IMG/VR virus record: IMGVR_UViG_3300009008_000022
Span: 1 to 64,000 of that record
From: a virus
DNA length: 64,000 nt
Direction: 5' to 3' (one strand)
Made by a program: the position numbers and the translations under genes. This document shows positions 1 through 8,470 of the stretch, in pieces. Numbering within the stretch: the first letter of the stretch is position 1; each line of letters starts with the position of its first letter. The notes under the pieces were generated by a model. It was not told the DNA's origin, searched no databases, and saw only the letters and a list, made by a program, of their open reading frames with translations.

Positions 1-323
1 ACCGCACCGACAAGGGCGCCGCCGCGGCCACCGCGCGCCTCATGACCAGGGTTCCGCGGGACGCCAGCGGCGTGACCACCATCACCGACGCCAACGCCGA
101 CCTTCCCGGTTGCGCGGACGCCTACCTTATCCAGCAAAACCGAGAGTTTATGGTGTGGCACCGCCTGCTGAAATTCCTCAAGCTGCCCCTCGCGCGCATT
201 GACACCAGCGACAGGTTCCTCTTGCTTTTGTTCGGAAACCTCGTAATTCACGCAAATCGGAAGGGAATCCGGCTGAAAAATGTGGGCCGCGCGTCCCGTA
301 CCGTCACCATCCCGCTGCCGTAA
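1..323 (+). CDS. Major capsid protein, C-terminal fragment (SPO1/Twort-like HK97 fold); 5' end lies before the window
   Basis: Frame is open from the window start. C-terminus LKLPLARIDTSDRFLLLLFGNLVIHANRKGIRLKNVG resembles the Herelleviridae-type MCP end (MKLPLA.I.....F..L.YG.L...AP.K...IKNV). Sits directly upstream of neck and tail genes. Confidence 0.8.
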   Translation, partial: RTDKGAAAATARLMTRVPRDASGVTTITDANADLPGCADAYLIQQNREFMVWHRLLKFLKLPLARIDTSDRFLLLLFGNLVIHANRKGIRLKNVGRASRTVTIPLP

Positions 324-342
324 CCAGGCGGCATGACACCAT

Positions 343-378
343 AAACTTGGCCCGCGTGGGGGGCGCGGGCCGGAGTTT
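343..378 (+). terminator. Stem-loop after the capsid gene (terminator or mRNA stabiliser)
   Basis: AAACTTGGCCCGCG-(TGGGGGG)-CGCGGGCCGGAGTTT inverted repeat about 20 nt after the MCP stop. Confidence 0.5.
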
Positions 379-393
379 GGAGGGCGCACTTAA

Positions 394-912
394 ATGCCAG
401 CTTCACCGACGAAGAAAGAGGAAAAGAGAGGGCCTGCCAAGGCCGCGGCGTGGGTTAAACTACGCAACGAATCCATGTGCGGCGACCCTCATCATAGCGT
501 GGGCGATACCTGCTATCAGGTAAGCCCCACCGGCGAGATCGTGGTCCCATTGGCGCAAGCCGCCTGGCTGGAGTCCGCCGGATGGATCAGGGTGGGAGAG
601 GTGGAGCGACCGCCAGAGGGATCCTTCTGGCCCGTGAGCGAAACCAGCGTGCCGCGGGACATGGACGAGGCGTATCAGACGGTGCGCGGCCTGGGCCTGT
701 CGCCTGACGAGCTGCGCAAGCTGGCAGACCGGATGGAAAACCACCCGGCCGCGCCGCCGCCGGAGAAGCCGAAAGACACCATGGAGCTGAGCCTGGATTC
801 GCCGCTGGAAGATCTGATCAAGGCGGCCAAGTCCCTGGGCCTGGACCCGCCCGAGAAGGCGGATCAGCGCACGGTGTTTAACATGATCGTGCAAAAAACC
901 AAGGTGGGATAA
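394..912 (+). CDS. Hypothetical protein (post-capsid gene)
   Basis: 172-aa ORF with RBS TGGAGGGCGC, in operon order. Confidence 0.7.
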   Translation: MPASPTKKEEKRGPAKAAAWVKLRNESMCGDPHHSVGDTCYQVSPTGEIVVPLAQAAWLESAGWIRVGEVERPPEGSFWPVSETSVPRDMDEAYQTVRGLGLSPDELRKLADRMENHPAAPPPEKPKDTMELSLDSPLEDLIKAAKSLGLDPPEKADQRTVFNMIVQKTKVG

Positions 913-934
913 CCGCCTGGTAGTGAGGTGAAAG

Positions 935-1249
935 ATGAAGGCAAGCCGACAGTTTCCGTACTTCTACCAAGAGGGCATCGACTACATCTCGGCGGCCGGC
1001 AAGCGCGGCGAGGGCGTTACCTCGTTCCTGGTCACTTCCACTGGCACCCCCGACGCGGTTGTTTTCGCGGAGCTGGGGCTGCCGGACATGGAAACCGCGA
1101 GCTACGTCGTGATCGCCCAGGCCGAGGGCTCAACCTGCACGGTGGACGAGAGCACGAAGGCGACCACCGGCTTTTCCATCCTGGGCGCCAGCGCCGCGGA
1201 CGTGATCAACGTGATCGTGGGCGGTCAGTTCAAGGGCCAGAGGCGCTAG
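935..1249 (+). CDS. Small putative virion structural protein
   Basis: Beta-rich 104-aa ORF, GC3-biased codons, within the head module. Confidence 0.6.
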   Translation: MKASRQFPYFYQEGIDYISAAGKRGEGVTSFLVTSTGTPDAVVFAELGLPDMETASYVVIAQAEGSTCTVDESTKATTGFSILGASAADVINVIVGGQFKGQRR

Positions 1250-1252
1250 ACC

Positions 1253-1549
1253 ATGGTGGGAACGATCTGGAAACGCGGCGGACGGCCGCACCACCAGGCC
1301 GGCACAACCAAGGCCGCCACGGTGGAGGAGTGGGAGCTGGGCGCTCCTACCATGCACCTGTACTTCGCCAACACGCACGCCAGCGAAAGCATCAAGATCA
1401 CCTTGACCAGCAAGGCGGACGCCGACGCCGGCCTGGGGATCACGGTCGAGCCGCGCACCACCTGGGCGCTGGACGTGGAGTGCACGAGCGTGTGGACGCA
1501 GAGTACAAACCCCGCGACGTTTGAGATCACCACCACGGCCAGGGGTTAA
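1253..1549 (+). CDS. Small putative virion structural protein
   Basis: Thr-rich beta-type ORF tightly packed with its neighbours. Confidence 0.6.
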   Translation: MVGTIWKRGGRPHHQAGTTKAATVEEWELGAPTMHLYFANTHASESIKITLTSKADADAGLGITVEPRTTWALDVECTSVWTQSTNPATFEITTTARG

Positions 1550-1551
1550 GC

Positions 1552-1788
1552 ATGGGCGGCGGGGTCAGCTCGCTAGATGCAGCCTGGCAGCGCCAGGAAT
1601 GGACAGCAACGGGCGGGCAGACCGTGTTTACTCTCAACCGGACGCCAAACCAGCCGTTAAGCGTGGAGGTAACACGCAACGGTGTAGAGCAGCATGAAGG
1701 CACCGATTTTTCCCTATCGGGCCTGACAGTGACATGGATAGGGCCGGCGCTGGACGCTGGCGAACAGATCATCATTCGGTATTTGTAA
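1552..1788 (+). CDS. Small beta-sandwich virion module, paralogous to the C-terminal domain of the following fibre
   Basis: FTLNRTP...VEVTRNGVEQHEGTDFSLSGLTVTW...IIIRY parallels LGSTP...VQLWLNGVFQVQGAGKDYTVSGTTITW...LVARY in 1816..3549. Confidence 0.65.
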   Translation: MGGGVSSLDAAWQRQEWTATGGQTVFTLNRTPNQPLSVEVTRNGVEQHEGTDFSLSGLTVTWIGPALDAGEQIIIRYL

Positions 1789-1815
1789 CCAGCAAGAAAA
1801 AGGGAAACAGGAACC

Positions 1816-3549
1816 ATGCTCATTCGTACCAAACAGCTCAACGCCGGCATTCTCGCCGCAAGCGCCGCCGGTCGCGCGCTCATGGCGGACAACTTCTTCG
1901 ACAGCTCCACCGCGGGTGCCAAGTTTGAGGCCAGCTCAATCGCCCTGGCGAAGCTGGCCGAGGCCGTGCTCCAGGCGGACGGCGGGCAGGCGCTCACTGG
2001 CGATCTCCCGGCCGGCAGCAACAAGATCACCGGCCTGGCCGCGGCCACCACGAACGGGGACGCGGTGCGCTACGAGCAGGGGATCCTGGCGGACGGAACC
2101 AACGCCTTCAGCGCCGATCAGAGCATGGGCAGCAACAAGCTCACCAACCTGGCCGCCCCGACCGCGGACGCGGACGCCGCGCGCAAGGTGGACGTGGACC
2201 GCGCGCAGGAAGGTCTGGACGCCAAGGACAGCGTTGCGCTGGCAACCGACACCGCCCTGGCCGCCAACACGCAGGCTGGCACCGGCGTGGGCGCCACCCT
2301 GACCGCGGACGCCAACGGCGCGTTGACCGTCGATGGTGTGGCAGTCGCTTCTGCCGACCGGATTCTGGTCAAGGACGAGTCCTCTGCCCCGAATTGCGGT
2401 ATCTACACCGTCACGCAGACCGGCGACGGCAGCAACCCGTTCATCCTGACCCGCGCGGCGGACGCAGACGGCGACCAGGATAACGTCACCGGCGGCATGT
2501 TCTGCTTTGTCGAGAAGGGCTCGACCAACGCTGACACCGGCTGGGTGCTGACCACCAATGGCGTGGTTTCGGTGGACTCCGACGATCAGAACTTCACGCA
2601 GTTCTTCGGCGCCGCCTCCGTCAACTACGAGGACGGCGACCCGACGCAGATCGGCGCGGACAGCGCCGCCGCACCGGGCTCCAACATGACCGCGGCCCGC
2701 GGCGATCATCAGCACGCGATTGCCACCGGCGCCCCGGATTCCACCCTGGACGGTGCGAGCAGCAACGCGCCTGGCACCAGCAACAACCTGGCTCGTGCGG
2801 ACCATGTGCACGCGCTGGACGTGGGCGCTGTGGCCGACGTTATCCAGCCGGATGATGTTGCGGCCGAGGGCACCGACGACACCCTGGCCCGTGCGGACCA
2901 CACCCACGGGATCTTCTGTGCGGCCCCGACAGCCACCCTGGACGCCGCGAGCACCAATACCGAGGGCGCCGGCACCAGCTTCGCCCGCAACGATCACACG
3001 CACGCTCTGGACGTGGGCGCCGCCGGTTCCACCGTGGACCCGGACGTGGCCGCAGCTCCCGGCACCGACGACACCCTGGCCCGCGCGGATCACGTTCACG
3101 ACATCGGCGTGGCCGCTCCCAGCTCCACCCTGGACGGTGCGAGCAGCAACGCCGAGGGCTCCAGTTCCAACCTGGCGCGGGCCGATCACGTTCACGCTCT
3201 GGACGTGGGCGCGGCGCCGTCGAATCCGGCGGCCACCCCCGTCGAGGGCACCGACGACACCATTGCCCGTGCGGATCACCAGCACGCGCGTGACGTGGAA
3301 GCCCAGGAGAACATCACCACCGAGGAGATCACCGGCAGCGACACCGCGCTGTCCATGACCCTGGGCAGCACCCCGACCGTTGCCGGCAGCGTGCAGCTCT
3401 GGCTCAACGGCGTGTTTCAGGTGCAGGGCGCTGGCAAGGACTACACCGTCAGCGGGACCACGATCACCTGGCTCGCCAGCTCCGGCACGGCGGTGGACAT
3501 GGATACCAGCGACGTGCTGGTGGCGCGCTACAGCAGGGCGTATGCCTAA
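1816..3549 (+). CDS. Head/neck fibre protein with HxH metal-binding repeats
   Basis: Two trimeric-neck-like motifs (NKITGLAA...DAV, NKLTNLAAP...DAA), a common phage fibre domain (TVDGV...DRILVKDE...GIY...TRAADAD) and seven AR.DH.H repeats. Confidence 0.75.
   Translation: MLIRTKQLNAGILAASAAGRALMADNFFDSSTAGAKFEASSIALAKLAEAVLQADGGQALTGDLPAGSNKITGLAAATTNGDAVRYEQGILADGTNAFSADQSMGSNKLTNLAAPTADADAARKVDVDRAQEGLDAKDSVALATDTALAANTQAGTGVGATLTADANGALTVDGVAVASADRILVKDESSAPNCGIYTVTQTGDGSNPFILTRAADADGDQDNVTGGMFCFVEKGSTNADTGWVLTTNGVVSVDSDDQNFTQFFGAASVNYEDGDPTQIGADSAAAPGSNMTAARGDHQHAIATGAPDSTLDGASSNAPGTSNNLARADHVHALDVGAVADVIQPDDVAAEGTDDTLARADHTHGIFCAAPTATLDAASTNTEGAGTSFARNDHTHALDVGAAGSTVDPDVAAAPGTDDTLARADHVHDIGVAAPSSTLDGASSNAEGSSSNLARADHVHALDVGAAPSNPAATPVEGTDDTIARADHQHARDVEAQENITTEEITGSDTALSMTLGSTPTVAGSVQLWLNGVFQVQGAGKDYTVSGTTITWLASSGTAVDMDTSDVLVARYSRAYA
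2695..3285 (+). repeat. Seven intragenic repeats of about 32 aa, each ending AR[GAN]DH[QVT]H
   Basis: ARGDHQH, ARADHVH, ARADHTH, ARNDHTH, ARADHVH, ARADHVH, ARADHQH. DNA segments such as tccaccctggacggtgcgagcagcaacgc and ggcaccgacgacacc also repeat. Confidence 0.9.
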
Positions 3550-3558
3550 ACTGGTGCG

Positions 3559-3588
3559 TTGACGCACTAGCTGACTTGCGCTGACAAT
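3559..3588 (+). promoter_or_regulatory. Possible sigma70-type promoter
   Basis: TTGACG-18-GACAAT in the intergenic gap. Confidence 0.4.
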
Positions 3589-3591
3589 AGT

Positions 3592-3624
3592 TCCGGCGCC
3601 TGGGCTTCGGCCTGGGCGCCGGGA
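3592..3624 (+). promoter_or_regulatory. GC-rich hairpin closed by a cUUCGg tetraloop
   Basis: TCCGGCGCCTGGGC-TTCG-GCCTGGGCGCCGGGA just before the RBS of 3644. No U-tract follows. Confidence 0.6.
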
Positions 3625-3643
3625 TCACTAACTGGAGGGCACC

Positions 3644-4222
3644 ATGAGCGATACCGCGGGGCCGATCCAGATTGGCGGCGCCGGCACCACACCACCGCAG
3701 CCACCTGGCTCGCACCAGAGAACACAACTACCACCGAAACAGGTACGCGGCATGGAGTCCCCCGCCGTGGTCATGCTGCATCCGGCCCAATGGAACGGTA
3801 ACAGCGGGTGGTGGAGCCATGACGGCATCCTGCTCGGCGGCATTGCCATTGACGGGCCGTTCCCAGGCGAGGGCCAGGAGCCGCCAGAGGGGCCGCACAA
3901 AACGCTGCTGGCCTACTCTCCGACGCGGATCCCGCGCGTGTGGGACGGCAAGAAATTCGGCATCACCGTCGAGTATGAGTCCGAGAGGCCGGAGTCGCGG
4001 TTTAAGTTCCGCGTGTACTACTCCTGTGGCGACCCTTCGGAGCGCAAGCTGTGGGAGGCGCGCTACATGGAGGGCCAGAACAACGGCAAGCGCCGGTTGA
4101 CGTTCAATTTGGCGCCGCAATTCGTGGTGGGCGACGAGCTGTTTTGTTGCACGCTGGAGATCATCCGAGTGCAGCCCGATCCGGTGCTCATCTATGGATC
4201 CTGGCTAGAGATCGGGGTTTAA
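3644..4222 (+). CDS. Hypothetical protein
   Basis: 192 aa, RBS TGGAGGGCACC-ATG. Confidence 0.7.
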   Translation: MSDTAGPIQIGGAGTTPPQPPGSHQRTQLPPKQVRGMESPAVVMLHPAQWNGNSGWWSHDGILLGGIAIDGPFPGEGQEPPEGPHKTLLAYSPTRIPRVWDGKKFGITVEYESERPESRFKFRVYYSCGDPSERKLWEARYMEGQNNGKRRLTFNLAPQFVVGDELFCCTLEIIRVQPDPVLIYGSWLEIGV

Positions 4223-4224
4223 CC

Positions 4225-4401
4225 ATGGGGGAGCACCGGCCGGAAGTAACCACCTCTGAAGGGCGGCCGGAGGCCACCTCTGAAGGGCGAGCGCGGCCGG
4301 AAGCGACCGCGGAAAGCCAGCAACCAGAAGCCACGGCAGAGCAGGCCGCGCCGGAAACCACCGGCCAGGGCGAGCTGCGACCAGAAGTAGCGGGAGGCTG
4401 A
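4225..4401 (+). CDS. Small acidic low-complexity protein with (R/Q)PE(A/V/T)T repeats
   Basis: MGEHRPEVTTSEGRPEATSEGRARPEATAESQQPEATAEQAAPETT... exactly fills the gap between two genes. Confidence 0.5.
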   Translation: MGEHRPEVTTSEGRPEATSEGRARPEATAESQQPEATAEQAAPETTGQGELRPEVAGG

Positions 4402-4402
4402 A

Positions 4403-5842
4403 ATGGCCCTGATCAAATTGCATGTTGCCGTCAACAGCCTGGACGAAGTGCTAAAACGGTATGATCAAGTCAAGGTCTACCGGAGCACAACCGGCGTGAC
4501 TGGCACCTACTCTGAGATCACCACCGCGGACACCCGGATCAAGCTCCTGGCAGGCCAGGCGCTTTACACGTTCCATGACGCCGCAGGCGACCGCACCTAC
4601 TGGTACAAGACCGCCTATTTCAACAGCGGCGACAGCTCTGAAAGCAGCCAGTCCGACCCCACCCTGGGCGACGACGCCGAGGTGTTGACCGGCATTTTGA
4701 CCATTCAAGAGCTGAAAGACACCTTCTTGTACGGCCTGGATTTGACCGATGATCGGGGCAACGAATACCCTGATATTATGTTTGAATTTGGCATCAGAGC
4801 GGCTATTCAATGGGTGGAAAAACAGCTTGATCTTTTCATCCGGCCCACTTCGAGGGTAGAGCGCCACGACTTTAATTTGCGCGACTATCAAGAGTGGATG
4901 TTTATCCAGCTCGACAAGTACCCCGCGATCAGTTGTGAGAAGGTCGAGATCATCTGGCCGTCTAGCTCTGAGAAGATCTCGTTTCCAACCGAGTGGATCA
5001 GCCTGCAAGCCGACCTGGGCCAGATCAACCTAGTGCCCACGCATGGCACGCTGGCGCAGGCGCTCATGGTGCTGTCCGGCGCTTGGCTGCCAGCTCTGAT
5101 CGGCGGCATGAGCTTCATTCCCAACGCGGTGAGCGTGGAGTACACCGCGGGCTTTCCGTTCGGCGCGCTGCCTTACGACATCAAAGAAATGATCGGGATG
5201 CGCGCCACAAACCCGATCCTAAATACGGCCGGTGATTTGATCGCTGGTGCCGGGATCGCCAACTATTCGATCAGCATGGACGGGATCAGTCAGACCATCG
5301 GCACCACGGCTTGCCTGGCAGGCTCCACCCTGGTGGACGCGCCTGGCGGCCAGGTGGCAATCGCGGAGCTGCACCGGCGAGTCCAGGCCGGCGAAGTGGT
5401 GGAGGTGTACGGCCTGAACGAGCGCACCGGCAAGCGGCGCGTGCAAGAGGTGATCGCGTCGTTTGATAGCGGCAAAAAACAAACGCACGAGCTGCGCATT
5501 GGCAACGGCGGCGTGGTCAGAATGACAAAGGACCACCGCTGTCTTACTGGCTCCGGCTGGCGCACCATGGGTGAGCTAAACCGCGGCACGTTGTTGATCG
5601 ACGGAAAGGGTATGTCCGCGCCGGTGGAGTCCGTTGGCCCTGGCGAGATGGAACAGACGTTTGACCTGGAGATAGAGGCGCCCTGGCACAACTTCAGTGT
5701 AGCAAATTCCTCAATGATTCTGCATAATTCGGCCACAAACGCCGGCTACGGAGCAAGAATATTAAACTACGAGAAACACATCAAGGCGCAGCTCCCGGTG
5801 CTCCGTAAGTTCTACAAGCGCGTCGGCCTGGCGGTGGGGTGA
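4403..5842 (+). CDS. Head-tail adaptor/neck protein (SPO1-like) with N-terminal FN3-like domain and an intein
   Basis: Removing the intein restores the conserved GIANYSISMDGISQTIGTTA|SATNAGYGARI motif. Also V.YTAGF, and position between capsid and sheath genes. Confidence 0.8.
   Translation: MALIKLHVAVNSLDEVLKRYDQVKVYRSTTGVTGTYSEITTADTRIKLLAGQALYTFHDAAGDRTYWYKTAYFNSGDSSESSQSDPTLGDDAEVLTGILTIQELKDTFLYGLDLTDDRGNEYPDIMFEFGIRAAIQWVEKQLDLFIRPTSRVERHDFNLRDYQEWMFIQLDKYPAISCEKVEIIWPSSSEKISFPTEWISLQADLGQINLVPTHGTLAQALMVLSGAWLPALIGGMSFIPNAVSVEYTAGFPFGALPYDIKEMIGMRATNPILNTAGDLIAGAGIANYSISMDGISQTIGTTACLAGSTLVDAPGGQVAIAELHRRVQAGEVVEVYGLNERTGKRRVQEVIASFDSGKKQTHELRIGNGGVVRMTKDHRCLTGSGWRTMGELNRGTLLIDGKGMSAPVESVGPGEMEQTFDLEIEAPWHNFSVANSSMILHNSATNAGYGARILNYEKHIKAQLPVLRKFYKRVGLAVG
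5312..5728 (+). mobile_element. Mini-intein, 139 aa, no homing endonuclease
   Basis: Block A C1-LAGSTLV; block B MTKDHRCLT (TxxH); block F TFDLEIE..HNF; terminal His-Asn followed by Ser+1. Confidence 0.93.
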
Positions 5843-6666
5843 TGGCTGAGTTTAAGCCTGAAATACTGACTGGACCGCCGGACGGCGAAAAGCCCACCGG
5901 CGGGCAGCGCGTCGATTACAAGGTCGGCAAGCTCGACAACTTCATCTATACCAAGGGCCAGCGCGCATGGTGGAGCCGCGCAGCTCTGTGCCCCTGCCAG
6001 GGCAACCCAAAGACAGATCAGCCGGCGCTGAATTGCTCGCTGTGCAACGGCAAGGGGTATTGGTACTTCACGCCGCAGCTCGGCGCGACGGCGCAAGAGG
6101 TGGACCTGGCCGGCAACCCGATTGAAGTAAACGAGGCCGCGGACGCCGTTGGCGTGGTGGTAATGATCACGTCTACCACGCAGGATCCGCAGATCTATGA
6201 GCACTTCGGCCAGTGGCACTTTGGCACCGCCAAGCTCACCGCGCAGAGCCCCAACCGCCTGGGCTACCGGGACAAGTTCTCTTGCCGGGACGCTGAAATG
6301 TGGGCAGGCCAGCTCATCACCTCAGACGGCGGATCCGAGATCTCGGTGGTAGGCGAGCAGAGCGACAAAGGGCTATGGAGTCCGGCCACGCGGGTGACGT
6401 TGCTGCGCAGCGTGGCGACGGTTTACCGCGAGGGAGATGATTTTGAGCTGACCAAGCAGGGCACGATCCGCTGGCTCGGCGCACCACCGGCCGCCGGTAC
6501 GATCCTGTCCTACTACGGCGCGTTTCATCCGGTCTGGGTCATTATCGAGTTTCCGTTTGCCTACCGTGACACCCTGGTGGAAAAAAAGCGGCAAGCTGAC
6601 AACCTGGCAGACCAGCACGCGCAGCTCCCCATGAGCGCAGTTGTTAAACTGGATTTTCTGGCATGA
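5839..6666 (+). CDS. Head closure/neck protein with Zn-finger
   Basis: WW.RA.LCPC....CSLCNGKGY, typical of the SPO1/Twort-like gene after the adaptor. Confidence 0.7.
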   Translation: MMAEFKPEILTGPPDGEKPTGGQRVDYKVGKLDNFIYTKGQRAWWSRAALCPCQGNPKTDQPALNCSLCNGKGYWYFTPQLGATAQEVDLAGNPIEVNEAADAVGVVVMITSTTQDPQIYEHFGQWHFGTAKLTAQSPNRLGYRDKFSCRDAEMWAGQLITSDGGSEISVVGEQSDKGLWSPATRVTLLRSVATVYREGDDFELTKQGTIRWLGAPPAAGTILSYYGAFHPVWVIIEFPFAYRDTLVEKKRQADNLADQHAQLPMSAVVKLDFLA

Positions 6667-7583
6667 TCGACGTTGAAATAAGCGGCAAGGTGCCCGCCCT
6701 GTTTCGCGCCCTGGCGACAGACGACGTGATGGACAACGTGCTAGACCAGCTCGCCAGCGCGGCCCGTGCTCACTGGATCCGGCTGGCGACCACCGACTTG
6801 CACGCCAGCGGCGCCACGGTGGACGAGTACCAGGACGGGATCAGCGAGGTGGAGGTGGGCCATGGCACGCGATCCATTACCTTGCTCGGCTGGTTTCCCA
6901 ACGCGATAGAGGGCGGGCTCATGCCCTACGACATGCGAAAAACGCTGCTCAAGCCAGGCAGCAAGATCCGGCGCATGAGCAAGGACGGCCACGCCTACGG
7001 CTATGTTCCGTTCCGGCATTCCACGCCTGGCAGCCGCGGCAAGGCCGGCCCGCCCATGGGCAGCCCTTACGCTGAGCGGGGCGACCTGTCGCTGGCTGGC
7101 ACCGGCCGGCTGGGACCGCAGATAGCTCTGTCCGTACAGCGCGCCACGGCGCCCATGAGCCGCGAGCAGGCCCACAAGGTAGGCCAGCGCGTGCACCGCC
7201 AGGCGGCCCGCCTGGGCGGCACCGTGAGCGCCGGAGCTGTAACGATCTGGGGCGGGAGGCTGAAGGCTGGCTCCGGCAACGCTACGGCCAGGGCGAGAGG
7301 TGGCGTAAAGGCCGGCGTGCGCAAGCTGTACCGCCACCACACCACCGACATCTATCAGGGCATGGTCAAAAAGCAGCACGTCTACAAAAAGGCGGTGCAA
7401 AGCCAGTACATGACCTGGCGCACGATCTCGGAAAAAAGCAAGGTAGGCTGGATGCACCCTGGGATCATGCCGCGGCACCTGGCGCCCAAGGTGCAACAGT
7501 ACGTCGAGACACAGGCGCCGCGGGTCATCCGGCGCACCATCACCGCCGCGGTTAATCACCGCGGGTTGAAGCAGATCCTATGA
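6663..7583 (+). CDS. Tail completion/neck protein
   Basis: YGYVPFRH and Y.TWRT.S....GW.HPG motifs, plus synteny. Confidence 0.65.
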   Translation: MIDVEISGKVPALFRALATDDVMDNVLDQLASAARAHWIRLATTDLHASGATVDEYQDGISEVEVGHGTRSITLLGWFPNAIEGGLMPYDMRKTLLKPGSKIRRMSKDGHAYGYVPFRHSTPGSRGKAGPPMGSPYAERGDLSLAGTGRLGPQIALSVQRATAPMSREQAHKVGQRVHRQAARLGGTVSAGAVTIWGGRLKAGSGNATARARGGVKAGVRKLYRHHTTDIYQGMVKKQHVYKKAVQSQYMTWRTISEKSKVGWMHPGIMPRHLAPKVQQYVETQAPRVIRRTITAAVNHRGLKQIL

Positions 7584-8200
7584 TCGAGCGGACGATATAC
7601 GACATTTTGACCGATGGCCTGGCGTGGTTTCAGGCGGACACCCGGCGCGTGGTGAGCTTCTACGTTGACCATTGCGGGATCCCCGCGGCCGAGGCGGGAG
7701 AGATCGAGACTTATTTTAAGGCGCACCCGCCCAACATCGTGATCGGCTACCCGCGCGGGTCCGGCCCGTTTCCGGCCTGGGCAATCATCCTCGAAAGCGA
7801 CTCGATCCGGGATCGGTTCATTGGCGACCAGGGCGAGTATGCGCCGGACGATGAGCCGGAATACACCGACGAGGACGGGGAGCTGGCCGAAAAGGTTGTC
7901 ATGCGCGTATCAGCTCGGTACGGCGTTTACACCTACAGCCTGGGCAACCCCGACGTGGCGCTGCTGTACTACAAGCTGCTACGCCAAATCCTCTTGAAAA
8001 ACATTGATACCCTGATCGCAAACGAGGTGGGCGATCTGGACTTTAGCGGCGCGGACATGGCGCCGGATCCGCGGTATCTGCCAGAAGATATGTGGGTACG
8101 GCGATTGTCGCTGACCCTGGATCTTGAAGAAACAGCCTGGGAGGCCAAGCCCAAGGGCGCCAGCGTGACGGCCACTGTGACGGGCGTTTACACGACGTGA
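7580..8200 (+). CDS. Putative tail terminator
   Basis: Acidic ~200-aa ORF just upstream of the sheath gene, with GYPR..P.W and terminal RRLSL motifs. Confidence 0.55.
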   Translation: MIERTIYDILTDGLAWFQADTRRVVSFYVDHCGIPAAEAGEIETYFKAHPPNIVIGYPRGSGPFPAWAIILESDSIRDRFIGDQGEYAPDDEPEYTDEDGELAEKVVMRVSARYGVYTYSLGNPDVALLYYKLLRQILLKNIDTLIANEVGDLDFSGADMAPDPRYLPEDMWVRRLSLTLDLEETAWEAKPKGASVTATVTGVYTT

Positions 8201-8208
8201 GGTGAATC

Positions 8209-8460
8209 GTGCCAAAGACAGAGACAGAGAAGAAAGCAGCGCCAGAGAAGAAAGCAGCCGCGGCAAAGCCGGCGGCGCCCCTGGCGGCAGAGCTGGAACC
8301 AACAGAGCTGGTGGTGGACGTGGATCAGTTCTGCCAGGCGGCGGGGCTTCGGCCGGAGCATCGGGGCGGTTTCTGCGCCTGGCTGACTGACCGCGAGCCG
8401 CGGCCGATGGTACAATGGCGCGCAGCCTATGAAAAATACCTGAGCAGCCCCGTGATCTAG
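8209..8460 (+). CDS. Small hypothetical protein preceding the sheath
   Basis: GTG start with GAGGT RBS; W...YEKYL..P ending. Confidence 0.6.
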   Translation: MPKTETEKKAAPEKKAAAAKPAAPLAAELEPTELVVDVDQFCQAAGLRPEHRGGFCAWLTDREPRPMVQWRAAYEKYLSSPVI

Positions 8461-8470
8461 GAGAGGAACA

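Noticed and set aside
1936-3567. 543-aa minus-strand ORF
   Set aside because: Antisense shadow of the high-GC3 fibre gene; no RBS or motifs. The same applies to 8522..9304, 29435..30394 and 57469..58362.
5312-5728. Homing endonuclease within the intein
   Set aside because: 139 aa leaves no room; no LAGLIDADG or HNH motif.
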